56,409 bases of DNA from a virus. Numbering within the stretch: the first letter of the stretch is position 1; each line of letters starts with the position of its first letter. Of the stretch, positions 40,263 through 47,694 are shown one piece after another. The notes under the pieces are model-generated. The model was not told the DNA's origin and did not search any database. It saw only the letters and a program-made list of their open reading frames with translations. A program made the position numbers and the translations under genes. The stretch is from IMG/VR virus record IMGVR_UViG_3300031159_000001. The stretch is one strand, 5' to 3'.

Positions 40263-40266
40263 ATTT

Positions 40267-40713
40267 TCAGTCTTCTTTCAGCACCACCAGTCCCAGGGCT
40301 GCCGCCAACCTGTAGATGGCGATCGACTTGATCCGTCGATAGTGCCGGGTGCTGTACCCGAGAGCTGTAGCCACATCGACATCAAGCACATTGTCTTCGT
40401 CCAGGTAGCGCATCCGGATCAGCTTTTGCTGCCGGGCACCCAGCCGGCTGACCGCCTTCTCTACGCGCTCGACGTGCTTTCGGCGCCGCTCCTGCTCGTC
40501 CACATTCAGGATGGCAATTTTCTCTACCTGCGACACGACCGAATTCGTCTGGCCATGGTAGCGCGGTTCGTACAGCGGCGTGACCTTCTGTTCCAGCGGG
40601 ATGTATTCGGTAACTTTGTACTCCCGGGCCAGCAGCAGATACCGCTCGACCGCCTCTTTCGTCTTTTCTTCGTCGATCTCGTATATGCCGAAGCAAAGTT
40701 GTTGTGCGCCCAT
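40267..40713 (-). CDS. arpU: ArpU-family late transcriptional regulator (sigma region-4-like)
   Basis: 148 aa. RLGARQQKLIRMRYLDEDNVLDVDVATALGYSTRHYRRIKSIAIYRLA matches ArpU/RinA-type regulators. Confidence 0.85.
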   Translation of the reverse strand: MGAQQLCFGIYEIDEEKTKEAVERYLLLAREYKVTEYIPLEQKVTPLYEPRYHGQTNSVVSQVEKIAILNVDEQERRRKHVERVEKAVSRLGARQQKLIRMRYLDEDNVLDVDVATALGYSTRHYRRIKSIAIYRLAAALGLVVLKED

Positions 40714-40716
40714 ACC

Positions 40717-40750
40717 CCTACACCTCGCTGTATGGTAAAATAGGTGTAGG
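40717..40750 (-). promoter_or_regulatory. 9-bp stem CCTACACCT/AGGTGTAGG that sequesters the arpU Shine-Dalgarno
   Basis: The 3' arm (40725-40717) contains the GAGGTG located 4 nt before ATG 40713. Confidence 0.5.
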
Positions 40751-40812
40751 AACGTCTGTTTGCTTTTTCCCCTGCATGGCCCAAATGCAGGGGAAGTTTT
40801 TTATTTCTTTTG
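40733..40812 (+). ncRNA. Candidate short + strand RNA antisense to the arpU upstream region
   Basis: TGgTAAAAT extended -10 (40733-40741). 9-bp hairpin at 40769-40793 followed by aagTTTTTTATTTCTTTT. Confidence 0.3.
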
Positions 40813-40947
40813 CGGCCTCGGCTGCATGTTGAACTGGTCCGGCGTCCGCAGCACGTACTCCCTTCCACTGACCCGAATGACGGTCGGCACGCCCTTCTTG
40901 ATCTTCAGCACTGTCACAACGGGCCTATATATGTGTCCGACGATCAC
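40801..40947 (-). CDS. Possible small protein (48 aa)
   Basis: GTG 40947 lies 10 nt after AAGGAG. The ORF-track 5' part overlaps the DUF551-like gene. Confidence 0.4.
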   Translation of the reverse strand: MIVGHIYRPVVTVLKIKKGVPTVIRVSGREYVLRTPDQFNMQPRPQKK

Positions 40948-40954
40948 TCTGCCA

Positions 40955-41125
40955 TCACTCCTTCGGCGGCTCCGGTAGCGGTTGCCAGTGGGTGACTTCT
41001 TCGAACCACGGCATGTATGTCTGATCATCGTACTCGACAATGAATCGATGTCCGCGAATATCACAGAAAATGCATTCCTGCCCGTTTTCCGGCAACCTTT
41101 CCTTGACGCTGATCCATTGGCTCAT
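40955..41125 (-). CDS. DUF551-like protein
   Basis: WISVKERLPE...THWQPLPEPP pattern. ATGA overlap with the upstream stop. Confidence 0.7.
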   Translation of the reverse strand: MSQWISVKERLPENGQECIFCDIRGHRFIVEYDDQTYMPWFEEVTHWQPLPEPPKE

Positions 41126-41565
41126 TCCACCGCCACCCCTATCTCTTTTAGAAGGTCGCACAGTTTGTTATAGACGCCCCAAAGTCTTGCATCATTCATG
41201 GGGACAGTTCCGAGCACATCTGTAGCTATCCGCAACCCCTCGATCAGCTTGTCGCGTTGTTCCCGCAACCGCTCAATCTCCTGTTGGGAGGATAGGAGTT
41301 GTTCTTCCAGTGAGTCAATCTCTTTCCACGCTTCCTCTGCTTTTCTTCTTGCCTCGTCCCGTTCCGCCTTATGATGGTTCGCGGCCTTGATCGCCAATTC
41401 CTGAAACTTATGCAATTCTTCACGCAACATGTTGCTTTCTTTGCGCGTTTGTTCCAACTCGTCCAGCAGGAACCGGATTGCGTCTATGACTTCGTAACTG
41501 TAGTTGTAATGACCTGTCGAATGTTTTTCCCGAATCTCCGCGATCTTCTGTTCCCGGTCAGTCAT
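41122..41565 (-). CDS. Coiled-coil hypothetical protein
   Basis: ATG 41565 overlaps the upstream stop (ATGACTGA). Heptad-rich sequence. Confidence 0.6.
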   Translation of the reverse strand: MTDREQKIAEIREKHSTGHYNYSYEVIDAIRFLLDELEQTRKESNMLREELHKFQELAIKAANHHKAERDEARRKAEEAWKEIDSLEEQLLSSQQEIERLREQRDKLIEGLRIATDVLGTVPMNDARLWGVYNKLCDLLKEIGVAVE

Positions 41566-41917
41566 GGTTCGGATCCTCCAATCCGGCAGATCGACTTGTC
41601 CTATTCTCACCATATCCCCACGCATAAACGTCTGCGAATGCCGCTGATGCGATTGTATCAATTGTGCTTGGTTTTACATCGCAAAAGTCGTTGTCACAAT
41701 ACACTGTTATACTCGGCATTTTCCGAATAAGATAGATTTCCATTTTCAAGTTCGTGTGGCAAAACTGGCATTGTATTCCCAGTGTTGTCGGGGATTCGGT
41801 TACAAAGCAAACGCCGGACGCTGTATTGATTTGGGAATATCCATTATCTCCCGGTTCGACCGATACGATTTTTTCAGCGGCAATGTAGACATCCCCTTTA
41901 TTCGTCAACCGTATCAT
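41558..41917 (-). CDS. Hypothetical protein
   Basis: Coupled ORF with several Cys pairs. Confidence 0.6.
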   Translation of the reverse strand: MIRLTNKGDVYIAAEKIVSVEPGDNGYSQINTASGVCFVTESPTTLGIQCQFCHTNLKMEIYLIRKMPSITVYCDNDFCDVKPSTIDTIASAAFADVYAWGYGENRTSRSAGLEDPNHD

Positions 41918-42108
41918 GCGTTCTCCTCCTTCAATTCTTCTTCAAGCTGTTCTATCGCCTTCCGACTGCGCCCCAAAAATTCCACGTAGTATATCGCACA
42001 ATGCCACCCAAGTCCCGATATGCGCCCTTTTTCCGTATACTCTGCCAAGTCGGATTCGTAGGCACTTTTCATCATACGGAGACGGATTTCCTTGGCTTCC
42101 CTATTCAT
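41914..42108 (-). CDS. Hypothetical protein
   Basis: Coupled ORF (ATGA overlap downstream). Confidence 0.55.
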   Translation of the reverse strand: MNREAKEIRLRMMKSAYESDLAEYTEKGRISGLGWHCAIYYVEFLGRSRKAIEQLEEELKEENA

Positions 42109-42232
42109 CTTCTTCCCTCACATGGTCAAGCAGCATGATTCCAAGCGTTTCGGCACAGTCGCGGCATAGAAAGATACTGTCTCCGCTTATTTCGACAAGC
42201 AGGTGCGTGTTATGAAACTTTATCTCACGCAT
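42101..42232 (-). CDS. Possible 43-aa protein (below the ORF-track cut-off)
   Basis: MREIKFHNTHLLVEISGDSIFLCRDCAETLGIMLLDHVREEDE. Start and stop overlap both neighbours. Confidence 0.4.
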   Translation of the reverse strand: MREIKFHNTHLLVEISGDSIFLCRDCAETLGIMLLDHVREEDE

Positions 42233-42380
42233 CGTTCTCGTCTCCTTTTTCCATTGCCTTTATTGCCGCCAATTTTTCCTTATACGGTACTTTTCTGTAG
42301 CAGAGTTTGCACAGAATTTTGTTCCCAAGCAATATACGTCCGGGTCTATCACAGCCTTTGGTTGAGCACGCAAGATTCAT
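42225..42380 (-). CDS. Small Cys-rich protein
   Basis: ATG 42380 overlaps the upstream stop. Contains C..C...C..C. Confidence 0.5.
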   Translation of the reverse strand: MNLACSTKGCDRPGRILLGNKILCKLCYRKVPYKEKLAAIKAMEKGDENDA

Positions 42381-42949
42381 TCCGTCCGCCCCTCCTTCTT
42401 CGGCGCGTTGATGCCGGGGATGGTGATGCCGAGAAAATCCAATACATTGCAAATATCAGTCATTCGTTGCTCATACTCAATGGCAGCATCACGATATTTT
42501 GTTCGATTTCGCAATTCTTCAAGTTTGTGATAATATTCCCTCACCCGTTCCGCCCCGGTTGGTTCGGTTGTGGTGGAGAGGGCTTGTTCAGCTACCGTCT
42601 CAATCAACAGATAGTTGTCCACGTAATACTTGGCTTCGCGAGATTCTTTCGTAATCTTTCGGATGCGTTCCAACGCCGCCCGCAGACGCTGGATTTCGCT
42701 GTCAAGTTGAGCATTCTCGCGTCCCAATACTTCTGCTGTCGCCTTCCATGTACCCTCGGATTCATCGGCGTCAAATGCGCCGGATTGGATTCTTCCCCTT
42801 AAAGACGCAAATTCACTAATAACCTTTGAAAATTCGCAGGCCTTATTTTCGTGTCCACACGACCGGTAGTCTTCGCTTCGTCCGATCAACCAATCAATTT
42901 TTCCGCTAATTTCTTGCACAAGCGCCTGTTTCCGCACATACTCGCTCAT
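42377..42949 (-). CDS. Hypothetical protein
   Basis: ATG 42949 lies 7 nt after AAAGGAG. Confidence 0.6.
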   Translation of the reverse strand: MSEYVRKQALVQEISGKIDWLIGRSEDYRSCGHENKACEFSKVISEFASLRGRIQSGAFDADESEGTWKATAEVLGRENAQLDSEIQRLRAALERIRKITKESREAKYYVDNYLLIETVAEQALSTTTEPTGAERVREYYHKLEELRNRTKYRDAAIEYEQRMTDICNVLDFLGITIPGINAPKKEGRTE

Positions 42950-43021
42950 TGGGATTCTCCTTTCGGATACCATATTTCTGCCACGTCCGCGATCATCATA
43001 GCGAAATTCGCAACGTCCGCA

Positions 43022-43423
43022 TCACAGCACCTTTCCACCATGCCGGATCGGTCGGGTCGCGTTGTACGCCATTTTCTCCTTGATCGCCTTCTCTAGGTCG
43101 ATACAGTACCGACCGCAGGCGTCGAATACGCGGATCACGATGTCAGCCAATTCACTCGGGATGCCGCACGGTTTTCCCATAACCAGTTCTCCACTACCGG
43201 TTTGGATGAACCGTTCTCTACTGATCACCAACTCGCCATTGATCTTGTGTTCATACCAAACCTCCGTCGGCTTATGGCCTTTTCGGAAGTCCTCCAACGC
43301 CTCCGACGCCTCACTGTGGATCAACGCGATCAGCTCACCGAAGCTTCTGTCCTCTTCCCACCAACCTTTCGCGACAGCGTTCGCGTGCGCCTCCCGTACC
43401 AGCTTATTGATCGACTTGGTCAT
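43022..43423 (-). CDS. MazG-like nucleoside triphosphate pyrophosphohydrolase
   Basis: GELIALIHSEASEALED and ELADIVIRVFD...IKEKMAYNATR fit the all-alpha NTP-PPase pattern. Confidence 0.8.
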   Translation of the reverse strand: MTKSINKLVREAHANAVAKGWWEEDRSFGELIALIHSEASEALEDFRKGHKPTEVWYEHKINGELVISRERFIQTGSGELVMGKPCGIPSELADIVIRVFDACGRYCIDLEKAIKEKMAYNATRPIRHGGKVL

Positions 43424-43664
43424 CGTTTGCAGCCTCCTCTCTCAGCCTGAACGGCGTCACCGACTCCAACCACGCCACCAACGCCTCGTATCCCGGCCGC
43501 TGATCCGACGTCGGTTCGAAATCCCGGATAGCCTGATAGACCGGATCCTCGGCTTTAAGCCGCTTAAGTATGTCGATAACCCTTTGCTTTGATCTGGTTT
43601 CCAGTCTGCTCAACGTAACGCTTTCGATCGCAAGGTTGAGTGCCTTTAACTTCGCCTTGTTCAT
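43404..43664 (-). CDS. Hypothetical protein
   Basis: AAGGAGGAG SD 8 nt before the ATG. Confidence 0.55.
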   Translation of the reverse strand: MNKAKLKALNLAIESVTLSRLETRSKQRVIDILKRLKAEDPVYQAIRDFEPTSDQRPGYEALVAWLESVTPFRLREEAANDDQVDQ

Positions 43665-43679
43665 CGTCCCATCTCCTCC

Positions 43680-43859
43680 TTACGCTTTCCGCGATATTGA
43701 CGCATGGTTCAGCGCTCGTTGTGCCGCTTCAGCTAACTCCTGCGTGCATCCTTTGCACAGGTGACGAGCGCTCAGCAGGGTAAAAGTATCGCCGTCGGGG
43801 AGCGGCACGCGCTTGACGCGCTCCGCTCCGATTGCCCCGCATTTTATGCATTTGTTCAT
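43680..43859 (-). CDS. Small zinc-ribbon protein (59 aa, below the ORF-track cut-off)
   Basis: MNKCIKCGA...HLCKGCTQ. AAAGGAG SD 8 nt before ATG 43859. Confidence 0.5.
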   Translation of the reverse strand: MNKCIKCGAIGAERVKRVPLPDGDTFTLLSARHLCKGCTQELAEAAQRALNHASISRKA

Positions 43860-43862
43860 GGT

Positions 43863-44093
43863 TCATACTCCTTTCACAATTTCTTTGGGTACTTTAGCCA
43901 CTAGCTCCGCGCCCGGGCCGCAGGCGTCGCAATACGTCTCGTTGCCTCGCAGCTCACCCGGGCGGCCGCATTGTTTGCAGAGGTAGGTTGTGATCTCACC
44001 CAGACCGCCGCAAATCTCACAAGATATCGGCTCCGCATTTGGTCCGATACCGTCATACCATCCTCCGCGACCGTCACACACTTCGCACTTCAT
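43863..44093 (-). CDS. DnaJ-type CxxCxGxG zinc-finger protein
   Basis: CEVCDGRG and CEICGGLG repeats plus further Cys pairs. Confidence 0.6.
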   Translation of the reverse strand: MKCEVCDGRGGWYDGIGPNAEPISCEICGGLGEITTYLCKQCGRPGELRGNETYCDACGPGAELVAKVPKEIVKGV

Positions 44094-44197
44094 CGTCCCA
44101 TCTCCTCCCGTTCCATCCGTTCGATCTCACGCTTCAACCAGCGCATCTTCCGTATGACCCATCCTTGCGCTCGCCATATCCATTGACCGAAGGTCAT
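44090..44197 (-). CDS. Possible 35-aa protein
   Basis: ATGA overlaps at both ends. MTFGQWIWRAQGWVIRKMRWLKREIERMEREEMGR. Confidence 0.3.
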   Translation of the reverse strand: MTFGQWIWRAQGWVIRKMRWLKREIERMEREEMGR

Positions 44198-44397
44198 GCC
44201 TCGCTCAACTCCTCTCTCACAATCTCCGCAATCATCGTCCGGCGCTCAACCGGCGACAGCCGCCGCAGGATCGCCGTAATCTCTTCCTTCGCCACTTGGT
44301 ACCGCGTCGGCCCGGGATCGCCGATCATCGCGCTGATGGCGACCCCGGTTTCGCTGCTCACGCGGTTGCTGTGGCGGTAGAGGCGATGCGTCTTCAC
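44194..44397 (-). CDS. Hypothetical protein
   Basis: Coupled ORF. Confidence 0.5.
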   Translation of the reverse strand: MKTHRLYRHSNRVSSETGVAISAMIGDPGPTRYQVAKEEITAILRRLSPVERRTMIAEIVREELSEA

Positions 44398-44657
44398 ATC
44401 TCACACCGCCCATCCCGGCAGTTGTTGCCGTAGACGGTGGATTCGTCGGTGGTGTTCATCGAAGCATCAACCCAGGTATAGACTTCTCTTTCAAGCGCAT
44501 ATTCGTAGCTGCTATGGATTTCATTTCCGCATTTGCATTGCACGAAATCGCGAAGATCAGTACCGAATCTGATCGGTTCGTTCGGAACATCGCGAAATCC
44601 GGGCTCAACTTTCATCGACGTTCCGCACCGCAAACATGTAATCTGGAATCCGTTCAT
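44394..44657 (-). CDS. Hypothetical Cys-rich protein
   Basis: Contains C..C...C.C pairs. Coupled ORF. Confidence 0.55.
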   Translation of the reverse strand: MNGFQITCLRCGTSMKVEPGFRDVPNEPIRFGTDLRDFVQCKCGNEIHSSYEYALEREVYTWVDASMNTTDESTVYGNNCRDGRCEM

Positions 44658-44854
44658 CCCTTTTCCCTCCCCTCAATGTCATTCCCGGTCCGTTCGTCTT
44701 CCAGCTTTCGGACAGCACAGTCAAAGCAATATTCCCATCCATCCATAAGGATTCCGTCGCACTTCCCTTCCATCTCCCCATATCCGGGGCAGCGTGGCGT
44801 ATTTTTCGCCCACGTCCGATGCCAATATTTGATCTCTCTCATGTAGTCGCCCAT
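44654..44854 (-). CDS. Hypothetical Cys-rich protein
   Basis: Coupled ORF. Confidence 0.55.
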   Translation of the reverse strand: MGDYMREIKYWHRTWAKNTPRCPGYGEMEGKCDGILMDGWEYCFDCAVRKLEDERTGNDIEGREKG

Positions 44855-44926
44855 TGGTTTTCTCCTTTCTCAAAACAGCGTCAGTTGCCGGCCGCTATGC
44901 GAGGTGCGGTCATGTCACCCCTCCCC

Positions 44927-45160
44927 TCAAAATTGCATCTCCAATTGCCCTTCCTGCACCGCCTCAAACAGCCACTGTTCGAACTGTTTTCGCTGTTCCT
45001 CCGTTACCTTCGCCCATCTGTCCAGCCCGTTCAACTCTCGCCATTCCCGCCATTTGCTGCTGATCCAGAGGATGTATCCTGTCGCATCCCACGGATCAGC
45101 GCCGGTATGGAGAAGATAGGCGCGGAAGTAGGGTTGGAATTCGTCGTACTGACCACTCAC
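44927..45160 (-). CDS. Hypothetical Trp-rich protein
   Basis: GTG 45160 lies 9 nt after GAGGAG and overlaps the upstream stop (GTGA). Confidence 0.5.
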   Translation of the reverse strand: MSGQYDEFQPYFRAYLLHTGADPWDATGYILWISSKWREWRELNGLDRWAKVTEEQRKQFEQWLFEAVQEGQLEMQF

Positions 45161-45405
45161 GATGACCGTCTCCTCTGCCAAAGTCCGTATTGGCTTGCCA
45201 CCCCGATCACAGTCGGAACGGTAACATTCAGCATCGCCGCAATCTCGGAAGGCGTGTAATGCGGCCACAACAGCACCAACTCATAGGATTTGCGTGTGCT
45301 GAGCGTGCGGCGCTGCAACTCCCGGGCGGCTGCGTATCGTTCCTCAAGCGGTTGGCTTTCGTCGACTGCGATCTCATAGAACTGTTGCTTAGCTTGGCTT
45401 GCCAT
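45157..45405 (-). CDS. Putative HTH DNA-binding protein
   Basis: YTPSEIAAMLNVTVPTVIGVASQYG looks like an HTH. ATG 45405 lies after GGTGGTG. Confidence 0.55.
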   Translation of the reverse strand: MASQAKQQFYEIAVDESQPLEERYAAARELQRRTLSTRKSYELVLLWPHYTPSEIAAMLNVTVPTVIGVASQYGLWQRRRSS

Positions 45406-45430
45406 CTCAATGCACCACCGCTGGCTGTTC

Positions 45431-45790
45431 TTATTCATGGGCATACACGCCTTGCTCAACCATGCGTATCAACACTTGCGCCACTTTAGTCCACGCGAAC
45501 CACTTCTCGACTTCTTTACCGTCTTGCGTCCATCGAAGAGTCATTCCCTTGCTGTCGTAATGACCGCCGTGCAATTCTCCATCGGTGCGCGTCGGTCTGC
45601 CCCATCCTCCGATGCCGTATTCGTTTCTCAGGAGGTTCGCAAGTTCACCGATCGGCGGATGAGACTGTGCGAATTGCCAAATTCGAGCCTTTCCCCCGGA
45701 AAAACAGCTGCCGCGAAGAAGGGCTTTCTCGATCATTTGGTCTTCTGTACCTGGTGAGTCAAAAATATCGTCAAAAAGTGTAAGTTGCAT
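45431..45790 (-). CDS. Hypothetical protein
   Basis: ATG 45790 (MQLTLFDD...). LLRNEYGIGGWG motif seen in N-terminal domains of conjugative-element polyproteins (from memory only). Confidence 0.55.
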   Translation of the reverse strand: MQLTLFDDIFDSPGTEDQMIEKALLRGSCFSGGKARIWQFAQSHPPIGELANLLRNEYGIGGWGRPTRTDGELHGGHYDSKGMTLRWTQDGKEVEKWFAWTKVAQVLIRMVEQGVYAHE

Positions 45791-45845
45791 TCCCGTCACC
45801 CCGCCGAGAACCCGCCGATGCCGCCGAAAAGGATTGCTGCTGTGT

Positions 45846-46631
45846 TCACGCGGTCGTACATTGTTCCGCATTCCTTTCGTCCAGCATCTTTTTGATCACG
45901 TCAGCCCGTTTGAGTAGGTATTGCAATTCACTCTCAAGCCTTGGATCAAGACCGTTCGCAAGCGCCTTTCGAAGTTCTTCTTTCCAGGACGTTCCCCAGC
46001 CGTCTATCCAGATTCCGTACTCACGCAGAATGTCGCTCACTTCTTTTAAGCGCTGAAGCTTTTCTTTTCTGTCGCTCAGTCTCTCAAGTTCCCGGCGCAA
46101 TTTCCCGATTTCTTCCGTCACCTTGATGCCGAAGCTTTCCCCTATTTCCTTTCGCTCGTCCTTGTCCTGCAGGTATGCTTCGATATATTCGCGCTGGGAA
46201 GAGAAAAACGGATGCCTGTCATTTTCGAGCCTGGTCATGATGATGTACATGAGCAGGTTCGAAGGAACGGTTACATTCCGATATGCCGGCTTGCGCTTCG
46301 TGACGAGTGCCTCCGTCTCGGAATTGTAGTAGATCAGCCCGACCTCTTCGGGCAGTTCCTCCGGTTGGATCAGTCCCTTCGGGCAGACGAACGCGAATTG
46401 ATGGCAGTTTTGCAGGTACGCCGGCCATTTGTCGTCACGCGCGAAGTCACTCCGATCGACCTTCACTTCATAGGCCGTTATGCACGGATTCGCCCAGGAT
46501 TTTTTGATGGCGAGCGCGTCGATGCGATGATGCTCGTAGCCGGTTGGACCGGTCTTGACCTCGGTGAGAAAGAAATCTTCACGATGCCGCTTGCTCAACG
46601 CTCGCTTGATCATGTCCGCCCGGATCTTCAC
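45846..46631 (-). CDS. MmcB-like PD-(D/E)xK nuclease-fold protein
   Basis: RIDALAI...AYEVKVDRSDFARDDKWPAYLQNCHQFAFVCP pattern. Confidence 0.65.
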   Translation of the reverse strand: MKIRADMIKRALSKRHREDFFLTEVKTGPTGYEHHRIDALAIKKSWANPCITAYEVKVDRSDFARDDKWPAYLQNCHQFAFVCPKGLIQPEELPEEVGLIYYNSETEALVTKRKPAYRNVTVPSNLLMYIIMTRLENDRHPFFSSQREYIEAYLQDKDERKEIGESFGIKVTEEIGKLRRELERLSDRKEKLQRLKEVSDILREYGIWIDGWGTSWKEELRKALANGLDPRLESELQYLLKRADVIKKMLDERNAEQCTTA

Positions 46632-46873
46632 GCTTCCACCTCCATTATTGATAGTGCCGCTTTCCTGCGTTTGTGCCTCTCAACTTGCGCCTGGGATTTC
46701 GCCTTGCTGTCGTAGCTCTCGCCGCGAAAGATGGTATGATAGGCGCTCAGCAGCCTATCACCCGAGACTTTCCATCCCCGTTCTTGGCTTTCCCGCGCCG
46801 CGAAGGACACCAGCAGGCAAAATCGCCGCATATGCGCTCGCCCGACCGTTTCGAACCAGTCCGGAGCGATCAT
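46628..46873 (-). CDS. Hypothetical protein
   Basis: Coupled ORF. Confidence 0.5.
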   Translation of the reverse strand: MIAPDWFETVGRAHMRRFCLLVSFAARESQERGWKVSGDRLLSAYHTIFRGESYDSKAKSQAQVERHKRRKAALSIMEVEA

Positions 46874-47115
46874 TTTCTCTTACCCATCCCCAGCCTTTGC
46901 TTTGCTTCCATCGTATGGATAGGGCAGAAATGCGTGTCACCGCCGAGATGTATCGCACACTGCTCGCAAATTCGCCGATCGCAGGTCTGTGGTGTTTTCC
47001 GGAAGTCGATCGTCGTCCAAACCCACCCTACGACGAAATCGCAGAGTAGCGTGGCTTTTCGTTTATGGCAGAACCAGCAACGCTCTTTGTAGTGAACAAT
47101 CTCCGCCGGGCTCAT
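46870..47115 (-). CDS. Cys-rich hypothetical protein
   Basis: ATG 47115 overlaps the upstream stop (ATGA). Contains CWFC...C and CEQC...C. Confidence 0.5.
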   Translation of the reverse strand: MSPAEIVHYKERCWFCHKRKATLLCDFVVGWVWTTIDFRKTPQTCDRRICEQCAIHLGGDTHFCPIHTMEAKQRLGMGKRK

Positions 47116-47498
47116 GCTTCCACCTCCACAAGTCGCAACGTCGGGTATCGCTTCTCGAACATGTTCCGCTTCATGCTGAATTCCCGGGTCCGCATGCCCT
47201 TCACATCCTCGACAGTGATCGACCCGTCGGCCCAGCAGATCAGGAAGTCGGCCACGTACTCGATCTTCCCGAAGGTGATGTCCCCCTTCTGAAAACCCTC
47301 CTGCAGCAGGAACCGAGGCTGCCGGATAAACCACTGGATCGCGCCGGCTTGCTGAAGGGCTTTCAGCTCGCTGTACCGGTTCGCCTCAGCCTGTGAGTCG
47401 AACGTGATGCCGTCGACCTTCGTTTTTTTGTTCCGGTACTTCGACGGTTTCTTTCCGGCCGTCAGAGCCCGGTATTCCTCGACCGTCATCCGCTCCAT
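47112..47498 (-). CDS. DUF1064-like protein (putative Holliday-junction resolvase/endonuclease fold)
   Basis: KYRNKKTKVDGITFDSQAEANRYSEL...YVADF...VEDVKG pattern. Confidence 0.7.
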   Translation of the reverse strand: MERMTVEEYRALTAGKKPSKYRNKKTKVDGITFDSQAEANRYSELKALQQAGAIQWFIRQPRFLLQEGFQKGDITFGKIEYVADFLICWADGSITVEDVKGMRTREFSMKRNMFEKRYPTLRLVEVEA

Positions 47499-47694
47499 CC
47501 GTCGTCAACTCCTTCACGAGCGACCAGAATCGCTCACGCATTTTGCGTTCGACCATAGAAGCCGGGACTCCGCATATTCGTGCCTCATACCAAATCGTCC
47601 GAAGTCTGTGATCGAGCCGTTCGATGTCCTGCCGAAGCTCTGGTTCGAGGCTCTCCCATATGGCGTCGAATTCACGTTCCTGCCGGCCGCTCAT
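47386..47694 (-). CDS. Hypothetical protein overlapping the DUF1064-like gene by about 110 nt
   Basis: ATG 47694 overlaps the dnaB stop (ATGA). The 3' third overlaps the next gene out of frame. Confidence 0.45.
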   Translation of the reverse strand: MSGRQEREFDAIWESLEPELRQDIERLDHRLRTIWYEARICGVPASMVERKMRERFWSLVKELTTDGADDGRGIPGSDGRKETVEVPEQKNEGRRHHVRLTG

